A program made the position numbers and the translations under genes. From Flavobacteriales bacterium (GTDB lineage: Bacteria; Bacteroidota; Bacteroidia; UBA10329), in contig WGMW01000009.1 in assembly GCA_016124845.1 (NCBI GenBank), forward strand, positions 149,624 to 213,623: 64,000 nucleotides of DNA, in the 5' to 3' direction. A model generated the notes under the pieces. That model saw only the letters and a list, made by a program, of their open reading frames with translations. It was not told the DNA's origin and ran no database searches. Below are positions 30,534 to 39,762 of this stretch, piece after piece. Numbering within the stretch: the stretch's first letter is position 1; each line of letters opens with the position of its first letter.

Positions 30534-31514
30534 ATGAAAAAACGCGTTGCAGTTGTTTACGGTGGCTATTCTTCAGAGGTGGTCATTTCTGAGTTGAGTG
30601 CCAAAGTCGTGTTCAATCATTTGGATGCCGACAAGTACGAGAAGTACATGGTGAAGATCGTTCGCGAAGGGTGGACGGTTGAAGCAGACGGCAATTCAGT
30701 CTCTGTAGACCGAGATGATTTTTCATTCGAAATGAATGGTAAAAAACTCACGTTCGATGTGGTTTTCAACGCGATTCACGGAACTCCGGGCGAAGACGGC
30801 AAACTGCAAGGTTATTGGGACATGCTGGGAGTTCCGTACACGTCTCCAGGAGTTTTGGCTTCCTCTCTCACCTTTAGCAAAAGTTATTGCAATGGTTTTC
30901 TGCGCCAGTTTGATGATGTGAACATTGCAGCTTCTGTGATGATCCGAAAAGGTGAAGCGGTGGATTCCAAAGCGATTCTTGAGAAGATCGGTCTGCCATG
31001 TTTCGTAAAACCGAACAACATGGGATCCAGTTTCGGCATCACCAAACTGAAGCAAGCTGACAAATACGATGAGGCTTTGGCAACAGCGTTGGAACATGAT
31101 GACGAAGCGGTGGTTGAGCAGTTCATTAACGGAACCGAAATTGCCAGCGGTGTATTCAGCCACAATGGCGAAGTGACCGCTTTGCCGCTCACCGAGATCG
31201 TTTCCAAGAACGAATACTTCGACTTTCAAGCGAAATATGAAGGAGCAAGTGAGGAGATAACGCCCGCGCGGATTCCAGATCCGGTACGTGACCTGATTCA
31301 GGAAACCACCCGCAGGGTTTTCACGCGATTGAAACTGCGAGGCATGTCACGCGTAGATTACATCGTTCAGGATGGTGTGCCATATCTGATCGAGGTGAAC
31401 ACGATTCCTGGGCTCTCGGAAGAAAGTCTGCTGCCGCAGCAAGTTGCTTATTCAGGAATGAGTCTGAAAGAGTTTTTCGGACTACTTGTTGAAGACGCCA
31501 TGGTAGGGGCGTAA
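30534..31514 (+). CDS. ddl: D-alanine--D-alanine ligase
   Basis: MKKRVAVVYGGYSSEVVIS… plus an ATP-grasp core. The ORF track start at 30474 adds 20 unlikely codons. Confidence 0.9.
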   Translation: MKKRVAVVYGGYSSEVVISELSAKVVFNHLDADKYEKYMVKIVREGWTVEADGNSVSVDRDDFSFEMNGKKLTFDVVFNAIHGTPGEDGKLQGYWDMLGVPYTSPGVLASSLTFSKSYCNGFLRQFDDVNIAASVMIRKGEAVDSKAILEKIGLPCFVKPNNMGSSFGITKLKQADKYDEALATALEHDDEAVVEQFINGTEIASGVFSHNGEVTALPLTEIVSKNEYFDFQAKYEGASEEITPARIPDPVRDLIQETTRRVFTRLKLRGMSRVDYIVQDGVPYLIEVNTIPGLSEESLLPQQVAYSGMSLKEFFGLLVEDAMVGA

Positions 31515-31526
31515 ATCCTTACGCCC
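31507..31526. terminator. Hairpin between convergent ddl and rdgB (putative bidirectional terminator)
   Basis: gggcgtaa-atcc-ttacgccc is an 8-bp stem that includes the ddl stop codon. Confidence 0.4.
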
Positions 31527-31539
31527 TAACAACGCAATC

Positions 31540-32115
31540 TCAGTATGGCATGAGGAAATCAACCAGTTTCTGAACCGCTCGTCCTCGGTGACTAATCTTG
31601 TTCTTCTGGTCTAAACTCATTTCGGCAAATGATTCCTTAAAACCATCAGGTCGGAAGATCGGGTCGTAGCCGAAACCTTTTTCACCGTGTTCTTCAGTTA
31701 GAATCTCGCCATCTACACGACCTTCAAAAAAATATTCCTCACCATTCAGGATCAGGCTGATCACGGTACGGAAACAGGCAGAACGGTCTTCCACGCCTTC
31801 CATCTTTCCAAGCACTTTATCCATGTTATCCTGAAAAGAACAGCCTTCGCCAGCGTAGCGCGCAGAATAAACACCCGGCTCACCGTTCAGCGAAGCAATT
31901 TCCAAACCCGTATCGTCCGAAAAGCAGTTCTTTCCGGTTCGCTCAAACACGTATCGCGATTTAATGCTGGCATTTTCATCCAGCGTAGCGCCCGTTTCGG
32001 GAATATCCACATCTCCCAACACATCTTTCAACGAAAGCACCCTGAATTCCTTCGGAAGTTTGGAACGCACCTCCTCCAATTTGTGCGCATTATTGCTTGC
32101 AAAAACGATTTCCAT
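31540..32115 (-). CDS. rdgB: Non-canonical purine NTP pyrophosphatase (RdgB/HAM1 family)
   Basis: 191 aa. MEIVFASNNAHKLEE… and FGYDPIF motifs. Confidence 0.9.
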   Translation of the reverse strand: MEIVFASNNAHKLEEVRSKLPKEFRVLSLKDVLGDVDIPETGATLDENASIKSRYVFERTGKNCFSDDTGLEIASLNGEPGVYSARYAGEGCSFQDNMDKVLGKMEGVEDRSACFRTVISLILNGEEYFFEGRVDGEILTEEHGEKGFGYDPIFRPDGFKESFAEMSLDQKNKISHRGRAVQKLVDFLMPY

Positions 32116-32133
32116 GGCGCGAAAATAACCAGC

Positions 32134-32166
32134 AGACCTTCAAGGTTTCGGAAACCTTGAAGGTCT
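32134..32166. promoter_or_regulatory. Perfect 16+16 bp palindrome in divergent promoter region
   Basis: agaccttcaaggtttc-g-gaaaccttgaaggtct. It lies 19 bp upstream of the rdgB start and about 28 bp upstream of the membrane-protein ATG. Confidence 0.4.
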
Positions 32167-32193
32167 ATCCACTTGGGTTCGTTAATTAGCAGA

Positions 32194-33825
32194 ATGGAAT
32201 TCCTGAAGAACAATCGTTTGGTTCTGCATCTGATGATGGGCATTCTGCTCACCATCATCTATCCGATGCAGGAACTGTTCTCAGGCAACCAAAACATCTA
32301 CTTTCTGTGGGGAATGGCCGATTTACTTCCAAATGCATTTACAGCCGACCCACTACTCCAATCTTCCGATCCGTACCCACTTTTCAGTTGGCTCATTTCC
32401 ATTTTTCCTGTTGCGTTCTTGGACGTCTGGACAACTATTCTTTACGTTCTACTCAACGCGATCTATTCATTTTCACTTTTCGGAATTGCCGACCAAGTGG
32501 CCAACATCTATCGCCACAAAAGCCGACTTTTTTCCTTTACGGCACTCTTCCTTTTTCTCCATTCATCGCCCATTTGGGGAACGTATTTCAATCTTATTTC
32601 CGGCCTCGACCTCCGTTGGATTTGGGACAGCGGTATTGCCGAGCAAGGAGTGCTTCGCGGCTACCTGCAACCCAGCGTTTTCGGAGTATTTCTTTTGCTG
32701 AGTTTCTATTTCGCTTCGCGGAGAAATTTTACCGCGGCCATTTTGGCCGTTGCACCAGCAGCAGCCATCCACGCCAATTACCTTTTTCTTGGAGGAATTC
32801 TCACGTTCATTTATCTGATTCAAGCACGGTTTGAAAAGAAATCCATCCTGGCATCCAGCGTCCTTTTGGCTGCAGTTCTCCCCTATTCCATCTATTTGGC
32901 AAACAACTTTTTCCTTCTTGAAGCGGAGCTCAAAACGGCAATCGAACAAGCGGTTTTGGCCAGCTTTGAAAGCAACATTCATCTGAATCCAAGCAACTGG
33001 ATAAATCCAAAGTTCTTCGTTCAACTGGTAGCGCTGTCATTGGGCACCTGCTCAATATGGAATACACGTTTTCGAAACCTCTTTCTCACCATTTTGGGCA
33101 TTGCGGTTGTGCTCACCGCCATTGCGTATATCACAGAAAACACAACGCTGATCAGCCTCAATCCTTGGCGGTTTTCAATTCTGCTGATTCCTGTTTCGGT
33201 CTCGGTTCTCCTCTCAAAATTGATTTCTGCTGGCACTTGGAATCTTCTAAAATCGATTGTAATTCCACTCATTGGAAGCATCTGTGTGATGCTGGTCTAT
33301 TATCGCATTTTCGGGAATTCCTCGTCCGAATTCAAGAATCAATGGTCGGTCATTCACCTTTCCCTTTCTGCGGTCCTGGTGGCTTCCACAGTTTGGCTTT
33401 ACAAATTTGAATGGTACTCAAATAGTCTGTATTCACTTTTGATTTTTGCATTGATCTTGGTCGGAATCACAGACATGTTTATTGAGAAGAAAACCAAGTC
33501 AGCCTCGGAACAATTTCAAGTCATTTCGAAACTGAAAGGCTCAGAGCCGAACACCATCTACATCATTCCACCCGATTGGACCTCCTTCAGAATGAACGCG
33601 CAGAAAGCTGTTTTTGTGGATGAGAATCAGGTTTACGGTCCCGCACTTCCCGCTTTGATGGGACGGAAAGAATGGCTCGAGAAAGGTGATTTCAAATCGA
33701 TTTTTGGTTCAGTGCCATCTGAATACACAGTAAAACTAATAATACCGGATTCACCACAAGCGGACGAAGCCATTCCACGGGAATCCATTACGGGAATCTA
33801 CACCTGTTACGTGATAAGACCATAA
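32194..33825 (+). CDS. Polytopic membrane protein (about 12 TM + C-terminal soluble domain), possible GT-C-type glycosyltransferase
   Basis: Start set at the ATG (MEFLKN); the ORF track begins at a TTG at 32173. Many hydrophobic helices, a periplasmic loop with acidic residues early in the protein, and an approximately 120-aa hydrophilic C-terminus. Confidence 0.45.
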   Translation: MEFLKNNRLVLHLMMGILLTIIYPMQELFSGNQNIYFLWGMADLLPNAFTADPLLQSSDPYPLFSWLISIFPVAFLDVWTTILYVLLNAIYSFSLFGIADQVANIYRHKSRLFSFTALFLFLHSSPIWGTYFNLISGLDLRWIWDSGIAEQGVLRGYLQPSVFGVFLLLSFYFASRRNFTAAILAVAPAAAIHANYLFLGGILTFIYLIQARFEKKSILASSVLLAAVLPYSIYLANNFFLLEAELKTAIEQAVLASFESNIHLNPSNWINPKFFVQLVALSLGTCSIWNTRFRNLFLTILGIAVVLTAIAYITENTTLISLNPWRFSILLIPVSVSVLLSKLISAGTWNLLKSIVIPLIGSICVMLVYYRIFGNSSSEFKNQWSVIHLSLSAVLVASTVWLYKFEWYSNSLYSLLIFALILVGITDMFIEKKTKSASEQFQVISKLKGSEPNTIYIIPPDWTSFRMNAQKAVFVDENQVYGPALPALMGRKEWLEKGDFKSIFGSVPSEYTVKLIIPDSPQADEAIPRESITGIYTCYVIRP

Positions 33826-33849
33826 TGCGTCAATCGTACTTTTGAATTC

Positions 33850-34680
33850 ATGTCCGCAGCAAAGCCCATTCGTCACATCCGTTCGAAACAGTCGTTCTCC
33901 GATTGGCTGCGGCAACTCATAGAAAGGCGCGAAACGCTGTGGTTCTTCATTTGGAAAGATCTGAAAGTGCAGTACCAGAAACCCGTTTTCGGTTTGCTTT
34001 GGTCTGTTTTCCAGCCACTTGTCTATTTCGGGATCATCCTTTCGGTGATGCGATTTTCAGGCAGAACATCAAGCATTTCAGAAATGTCATTTTCGCTTTA
34101 CCTCATCAGCGGTTTGGCCATTTGGAACTTCACCACCTCCAGTATTTTGGGTGCGGTGAACAGCATTCAATCCAATGCTGGCATCATCAGCAAATCATTC
34201 TTTCCGAGGTTTTACTTGATTCTCGCACCCGTTCTCAAAAGCACATTCGACTTCCTCATCATGCTGCTGATTGTGCTTGGTTTTGAAATCTACTTTCAAC
34301 AACCGTTCGTGTTCGAAAACCTCGGTTTTGTGATGACTTCAGTGTTTATCGCGATGACAACCGCACTCGGTTGGTCAGCCATTGCGGCAAGTTTGGTTGT
34401 GGCCAATCGGCACATCAGACATGCCATTCCTGTACTGCTTTATGCCATGATCTTTGCCCTGCCTGTTTTCTATTCGATGCAGGAAATCGGCAACCCAACG
34501 CTTCAAACTGCTTATCACTTCAACCCAATTGCTGGCGCGATGGACCTGCTGCGCAGCGGTTTCGGAAGCGGAATCACCTTGCAGCCGATGGTTTCATGGT
34601 TACTTCAATCCGTAATCTGGTTAGCGCTCGGAATCATCCTTTTCCGAAGAACAGAAAGAACCTTGGCAGATAACGTATGA
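33850..34680 (+). CDS. wzm: ABC-2 type polysaccharide export permease (Wzm/KpsM/TagG family), copy 1
   Basis: 276 aa with 6 TM helices. N-terminus ETLWFFIWKDLKVQYQKPVFGLLWSVFQPL is typical of ABC-2. Confidence 0.85.
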   Translation: MSAAKPIRHIRSKQSFSDWLRQLIERRETLWFFIWKDLKVQYQKPVFGLLWSVFQPLVYFGIILSVMRFSGRTSSISEMSFSLYLISGLAIWNFTTSSILGAVNSIQSNAGIISKSFFPRFYLILAPVLKSTFDFLIMLLIVLGFEIYFQQPFVFENLGFVMTSVFIAMTTALGWSAIAASLVVANRHIRHAIPVLLYAMIFALPVFYSMQEIGNPTLQTAYHFNPIAGAMDLLRSGFGSGITLQPMVSWLLQSVIWLALGIILFRRTERTLADNV

Positions 34681-35876
34681 AGGTGATCAGCGCAGAACGG
34701 CTTTCGAAATCGTACTTCCTGAAAACGGAAGGCGACCGCGAATTCCACGCGCTGAAAGACATTTCTTTCGACATCAACGAAGGCGAAATAGTTGGCATTA
34801 TTGGCCACAACGGAGCGGGAAAAAGCACGCTTCTGAAACTGCTTTCTGGCATCACACTCCCTACTTCGGGCGAAGCCAAAGTGGTCGGCTCGTTCTCCAG
34901 CCTACTGGAGGTCGGCACAGGTTTCCATCCTGATCTGAGCGGCCGCGACAATATCTTTCTGAATGCTTCCATTCTCGGCATTTCCCGTAAGGAAGTCCAA
35001 GCAGAAATGGACAATATCATTGCGTTTTCGGGCGTGGAAAAATTCATCGACCAACCGCTGCGCACTTACTCCAGCGGCATGAAACTGCGCTTGGCGTTTT
35101 CCATCATCGCGCACCTCAAAACCGACATCATTGCGTTGGACGAGGTGCTTGCTGTGGGCGATTCCATGTTTCAGTTGAAATGCATGGAGCGCATCTTTGA
35201 TTTCAAGCAGCAAGGTCGAACGATTCTGTTCGTCTCACATAATCTGAGTGCAGTGAAAAAACTCTGCGAACGGACAATTGTGCTTAATGCTGGCGAGATT
35301 ATCTACGATGGACCGACAGAGGAAGCGATTGACTTTTATTTGGATTCGAACCGAACGGGAAATGCACTTGACGAAATAAGATTTGTGAAGAGAATTGAAG
35401 TGATGACCTCCCCCAACCCCTCCTTTCCAGGAGGGGAGCTGTCACTTCGCTCTGACGCTGGATCAGCGAACCAGCTCTCCCCCTTGAAAGGGGGAGTACT
35501 CCGCCTGAGGCGGAGGGAGGGGGTCTATACAAGAATTCTCCTCCATTTTCATGAGCTCCCATCCGATTCCGAACTGGACCTCGGCATCAACATCAGCACA
35601 CAAGATGGCATGCCACTCTATCATTTCAGCAACCGATTCTTGGGCAAAACATTGATTCCCAAAAACGGAGCGTTAGAGCTCGAACTGGCCTTCAATCATC
35701 AGTTGAAAGCAGGTAATTACCACGTTTCAGTTTACATCGGCCAAGATGAACAGCAGTTGCTTTGGCAAGAAAATGCTGCCACGCTGACCGTTGCTCCATT
35801 TACGCCTTACGGCTTCCACAATCCTGATGCAATTCAAGCATCAATCATCACAGATTTCGACATTAAGCAGCTGTAG
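34677..35876 (+). CDS. wzt: Polysaccharide export ABC ATP-binding protein (Wzt/TagH family) with C-terminal extension, copy 1
   Basis: Walker A GHNGAGKST, signature YSSGMKLRL and Walker B IIALDEVL. The approximately 160-aa C-terminal domain contains the in-frame repeat insertion. Confidence 0.85.
   Translation: MKVISAERLSKSYFLKTEGDREFHALKDISFDINEGEIVGIIGHNGAGKSTLLKLLSGITLPTSGEAKVVGSFSSLLEVGTGFHPDLSGRDNIFLNASILGISRKEVQAEMDNIIAFSGVEKFIDQPLRTYSSGMKLRLAFSIIAHLKTDIIALDEVLAVGDSMFQLKCMERIFDFKQQGRTILFVSHNLSAVKKLCERTIVLNAGEIIYDGPTEEAIDFYLDSNRTGNALDEIRFVKRIEVMTSPNPSFPGGELSLRSDAGSANQLSPLKGGVLRLRRREGVYTRILLHFHELPSDSELDLGINISTQDGMPLYHFSNRFLGKTLIPKNGALELELAFNHQLKAGNYHVSVYIGQDEQQLLWQENAATLTVAPFTPYGFHNPDAIQASIITDFDIKQL
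35408..35523. repeat. Intragenic C/G-rich triple-hairpin palindromic element inserted in-frame in wzt
   Basis: Three consecutive stem-loops: cccctcc/ggagggg, ctccccc/gggggag and ctccgcc/ggcggag. Length about 116 nt. It encodes the low-complexity SPNPSFPGGELSLRSDAGSANQLSPLKGGVLRLRRREGVY. It shares the ctcccccaNcccct leader with the hairpin at 24889. Confidence 0.5.
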
Positions 35877-37849
35877 TGAAAACGCCCATTCTTTTACTGG
35901 TTTACAATCGCCCGAAGCAGACCTCAATGGTCCTGAAACGGTTGCAGCAATGTGATGTAAAGAACGTTTTCGTTTCTGCTGATGGACCGAAAAACGCTGA
36001 AGACAGAATGCTCACCGAAGAAGTGGAATCGGTTTTGAACCGCTTCGATACTATCTTCAAAAGCAAACGCTTTTCCGATAAGAATCTTGGCTGCAAGCAC
36101 GCAGTCATTTCCGGAATTGACTGGTTTTTCAATCAGGTTGACGAAGGCATCATTTTGGAAGATGATTGTCTTCCATGTCCGCACTTTTTTCCATTCGTAG
36201 AAGAACTGCTGAACCGCTATCGCGATGAGCGGAAAGTGATGATGGTCGGTGGCAACAATCCGCTGGGTGAATGGCAAACCGAAGGCGGCCATTTCTTCTC
36301 GCGTATCGGTACCGTTTGGGGCTGGGCCACTTGGAAAGACCGCTGGCAAACATTCAACTCCGAACTTCCTGAGTTTGACCATTTCATTTCGAGTCGAGGT
36401 TTTGAACGCGCATTCGGGCCTACGAAATTGGCCGCATCACGACTTGAATTGACACGAAAATCATTGCGTGGAGAAATCGATACATGGGATTATCAATGGA
36501 ATGCCCACATGCTCATGAACCAAGGTGTGGCTGTGATTCCTGAACGGAATCTGGTTGAGAACATTGGTTTTGAAAATAGTGGAACGAACATTAACTCAAA
36601 ACCGAATTGGATAGTGAATGAAGTCTCTAATGAACCATTGAAAATCGGTTCACAAAAGCTCCATTCCGACCGCGAATTTGAAGTGGAATGGGAATTGGCG
36701 AGACGGTCGAATTTACCCGGAAATACTTCTTCGAAATCGTTTCAAGAAAAAGGAGAAAAGGAAAAACGGAGGTGGAAAATCCTCATCATCAACTCAACCG
36801 ACATGGGCGGTGGCGCGGAGAAAATTGCGTTTACGCTTCATGAACAATTGTTAGCACTTGGACATGATTCGCAGTTGCTGGTTCAGGTCAAAAAATCGGA
36901 TTTAGATTCCATCCAAGAGATTGCGGATTGGAAATCGCAGATTGAGAACTTTCAACCCGATGTGATCCATATCCACAACCTCCACGGGACTTCGATTCCG
37001 TTGGATGTATTGTCCGAAATCTCACGAAGCATTCCCGTGTTTTTCACATTGCATGATTCCTGGCTGGCAACAGGAAGTACAGAACATCCTTTCGAACCGG
37101 AGCCAGAAAAACTGAATCTCTTGGAATTGTTAGAATGGCAGAAGGAATTCACCCATCGACACGAGGTGATTTCCAATAGTAATTTCTGTTTCACCGCCCC
37201 AAGCCAATGGATGCGCGAATTGTTTTTCAATGCTCATGGCATCCGGCCGTTTTTCGTTCCGAATTCCATTGAAAAAGTAGCCCCAAGTGAGATTGAAATT
37301 CCATCAAAGCGTTTCATTCTTTTTGTGGCCAATCGGCCTGAAACGAATCCCTACAAGGATTTTGCTACGCTAAAAAAGGCGTGGAAAAAAGCCAATGAAA
37401 CACAGGGAGAATACGGTTGTGACCTGATTGTTCTCGGGGGCGAACCGAAAACCGAAAAAGTCGGAAACCGAACGCTTTTCATCATAGAAAAACAGTCAAC
37501 AGAAAATGTCTTGGCCTTCATAGAAAAATCACTTTTAGTGATCCAGGCAAGTTTGCAAGACAATGCTCCGCTCACCATTTTGGAAGCGCATTCTGTGGGT
37601 AAAAGCTTGGTCGGTTCTTTGGTTGGTGGTATTCCTGAATTGATGGATGAGGAAGAAAAAGAGTGGCTTTATGAAGCGGAAAGCGCGGATGACCTGTGCG
37701 AGAAATTGATTGCTGCGTTGCAATCAGAGACAAGAGGTAGAGAGACAAGAGACAAGGAAACGTGTTCTATATGTTCTATAGAATCAATTGTCAACACGTA
37801 TCTTGGTCATTATCTGTCTCTCCAAAGTCGTCAACTTTCACAAAGTTGA
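35876..37849 (+). CDS. Two-domain glycosyltransferase: N-terminal GT-A-like domain (DxD-like EDDC) fused to C-terminal GT4 (GT-B) domain
   Basis: 657 aa. N-terminal approximately 270 aa (…ILEDDCLP…) and C-terminal approximately 350 aa (…IHIHNLHG…, …EAHSVGKSLVGSLVGGIPEL…). Its start overlaps the wzt stop. Confidence 0.7.
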   Translation: MKTPILLLVYNRPKQTSMVLKRLQQCDVKNVFVSADGPKNAEDRMLTEEVESVLNRFDTIFKSKRFSDKNLGCKHAVISGIDWFFNQVDEGIILEDDCLPCPHFFPFVEELLNRYRDERKVMMVGGNNPLGEWQTEGGHFFSRIGTVWGWATWKDRWQTFNSELPEFDHFISSRGFERAFGPTKLAASRLELTRKSLRGEIDTWDYQWNAHMLMNQGVAVIPERNLVENIGFENSGTNINSKPNWIVNEVSNEPLKIGSQKLHSDREFEVEWELARRSNLPGNTSSKSFQEKGEKEKRRWKILIINSTDMGGGAEKIAFTLHEQLLALGHDSQLLVQVKKSDLDSIQEIADWKSQIENFQPDVIHIHNLHGTSIPLDVLSEISRSIPVFFTLHDSWLATGSTEHPFEPEPEKLNLLELLEWQKEFTHRHEVISNSNFCFTAPSQWMRELFFNAHGIRPFFVPNSIEKVAPSEIEIPSKRFILFVANRPETNPYKDFATLKKAWKKANETQGEYGCDLIVLGGEPKTEKVGNRTLFIIEKQSTENVLAFIEKSLLVIQASLQDNAPLTILEAHSVGKSLVGSLVGGIPELMDEEEKEWLYEAESADDLCEKLIAALQSETRGRETRDKETCSICSIESIVNTYLGHYLSLQSRQLSQS

Positions 37850-37868
37850 CGACTTTCAAGCGCAAGAA

Positions 37869-38810
37869 ATGCCCGAATTCTCCATCATAACACCGGTGCT
37901 GAACCAAGCTTCGACCATTGAAAAATGCATCGAATCGGTTGCCATGCAAAACGTGGATGTTGAACACATTATCATTGATGGTGGCAGCACTGACGGAACG
38001 GTTGACATCATCCGAAAACACGAAGACAAACTTGCGTTTTGGGTAAGCGAGCCTGACCGTGGACAAGGCCATGCCATCAACAAAGGATTGAAACGGACAA
38101 CTGGAATTTGGTTCAACTGGCTGAACGCAGATGACCAACTGACGGAGAATGCTTTGCAAACTGTTCTTGAAACCGCAAAACCAGACACCGAAGTGGTGGT
38201 TGGCAAATGCCGACACATTAACGAGAAAAACGATACCGTTGCGGAAGGTTCTGCGCGCATTTGGGATTCATTGGCAGCCACTTTGGGCAACTACAGCATG
38301 GGGCAGCCATCCGTCTTTTACCGAACAGAAACCGTGGAACAGTTGGGCGATCTGAACGAAAACCTCCACCTCTGTTTGGATATGGATCTGTGGTTCCGTT
38401 TTCTGCTGAAATTCGGGCAAGACCACATTCAAACCACTGATACGGTTCTGTCAGAATTCTTGGTTCACAAGGGCGGAAAATCCTCTTCTCAGGCTGAGCA
38501 AATGCGAGCCGAGAAATACGGCATTTACCATGCGCTTCTTTCCAATTTTGAACTGCCAGAGGTAATTGCGCACTTCCTTTCACTTCATCCGATCCCTGAA
38601 TCTGTCAGCTACCAACCTCCATCCGGCCTGAACGCAGAAGAACTGTTATCCAACTTTGCGTGGCATCTGATGGTAGGTGCTTATGACCAGAACGCGCTGG
38701 AGGTATGCCAACTCTTTTTTGACGTGGTGAAAAAAGGTTCCCGATTGTCCGAACGGCAGAAGTTGGAATGGATTGCCCGTATCGCATCGGCCAAATTCAC
38801 GCTACGATGA
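37869..38810 (+). CDS. Glycosyltransferase family 2
   Basis: The start at MPEFSIITPVLNQ is the internal Met of ORF 37788. DGGSTDGT and DxD (NADDQ) motifs are present. Confidence 0.8.
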   Translation: MPEFSIITPVLNQASTIEKCIESVAMQNVDVEHIIIDGGSTDGTVDIIRKHEDKLAFWVSEPDRGQGHAINKGLKRTTGIWFNWLNADDQLTENALQTVLETAKPDTEVVVGKCRHINEKNDTVAEGSARIWDSLAATLGNYSMGQPSVFYRTETVEQLGDLNENLHLCLDMDLWFRFLLKFGQDHIQTTDTVLSEFLVHKGGKSSSQAEQMRAEKYGIYHALLSNFELPEVIAHFLSLHPIPESVSYQPPSGLNAEELLSNFAWHLMVGAYDQNALEVCQLFFDVVKKGSRLSERQKLEWIARIASAKFTLR

Positions 38811-39748
38811 CTACGGGACCATTAGTCAGCATTCTGATGCCTGCTTACAATGCGGGGAAATTCATTACAAACTCCATCGAATCAGTTCTGAATCAGGATC
38901 ATCAGAATTGGGAATTATTGATTCTGGATGATGCGAGTACAGACTCTACCAATGAAATCATCGAGTCATTCTGCGATGAACGAATCAAAATCTCAGCACA
39001 TCGGGAAAACCAAGGTTATCTGATTACATGCAATGAATTGTTTGAGAAAGTACAAGGTGACTTCATTACATTTCTGGATGCGGACGACACCTGTTCCAAG
39101 AATAGGATCTCAACCTGTTTGGCGGCATTCGAATCTGACCCGCAATTGGATTTTCTGACCACGGATCATTCCAAAATTGACGAATCGGGGCGGCAACTTT
39201 CGGAACAACAGGTATCGGTTGATTACGACAGATACGCAACGGATCCAAACTATTACCCGACCATCTGCTGTGCTACGATCTTTCTTCGAAAAAAGCTGCT
39301 GCAACAGGTTGGTGGCTACCATCCGTTCTTTAAAGAAATTGGAGGTGAGGATTACCATTGGCTATTCCAATTGAGCAGGAAAGGAAAAGGCAAGCACGTG
39401 TCAGAACCCATGTATTTCTACCGCAAACATGCAAATCAGCTTCACCTAAAAAACCGGAATCCGCTCAAGTATTTTGCAAAAGAGATCGATCAGGAGATAA
39501 GAAAAGAACTGCTGGTTGGTAATGCCCTGCTATCTGAACCGGAGTCTTTGAGGGAGAAATGGCAATCCAAAATTGAAAGCCAACCATCCGAACTTTCTTT
39601 CAGGAAAGCTGCTGAAGCAATCAATGAAGGAAATCTAAAGTCGTTTTTATCTTTTTTGACAGCTGGTATTTTTGCCAGCCCATTGAAACTGAAGAATGTT
39701 AAACGAGGTGCTTACCTCGCTTATTCATTTCTTGCGCGAATCGCGTAG
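38807..39748 (+). CDS. Glycosyltransferase family 2
   Basis: Start at MTTGPLVSILMPAYN, in an ATGA overlap with the upstream stop. LDDASTD and DADD motifs are present. Confidence 0.8.
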   Translation: MTTGPLVSILMPAYNAGKFITNSIESVLNQDHQNWELLILDDASTDSTNEIIESFCDERIKISAHRENQGYLITCNELFEKVQGDFITFLDADDTCSKNRISTCLAAFESDPQLDFLTTDHSKIDESGRQLSEQQVSVDYDRYATDPNYYPTICCATIFLRKKLLQQVGGYHPFFKEIGGEDYHWLFQLSRKGKGKHVSEPMYFYRKHANQLHLKNRNPLKYFAKEIDQEIRKELLVGNALLSEPESLREKWQSKIESQPSELSFRKAAEAINEGNLKSFLSFLTAGIFASPLKLKNVKRGAYLAYSFLARIA

Positions 39749-39762
39749 CCGAAATACTATCT

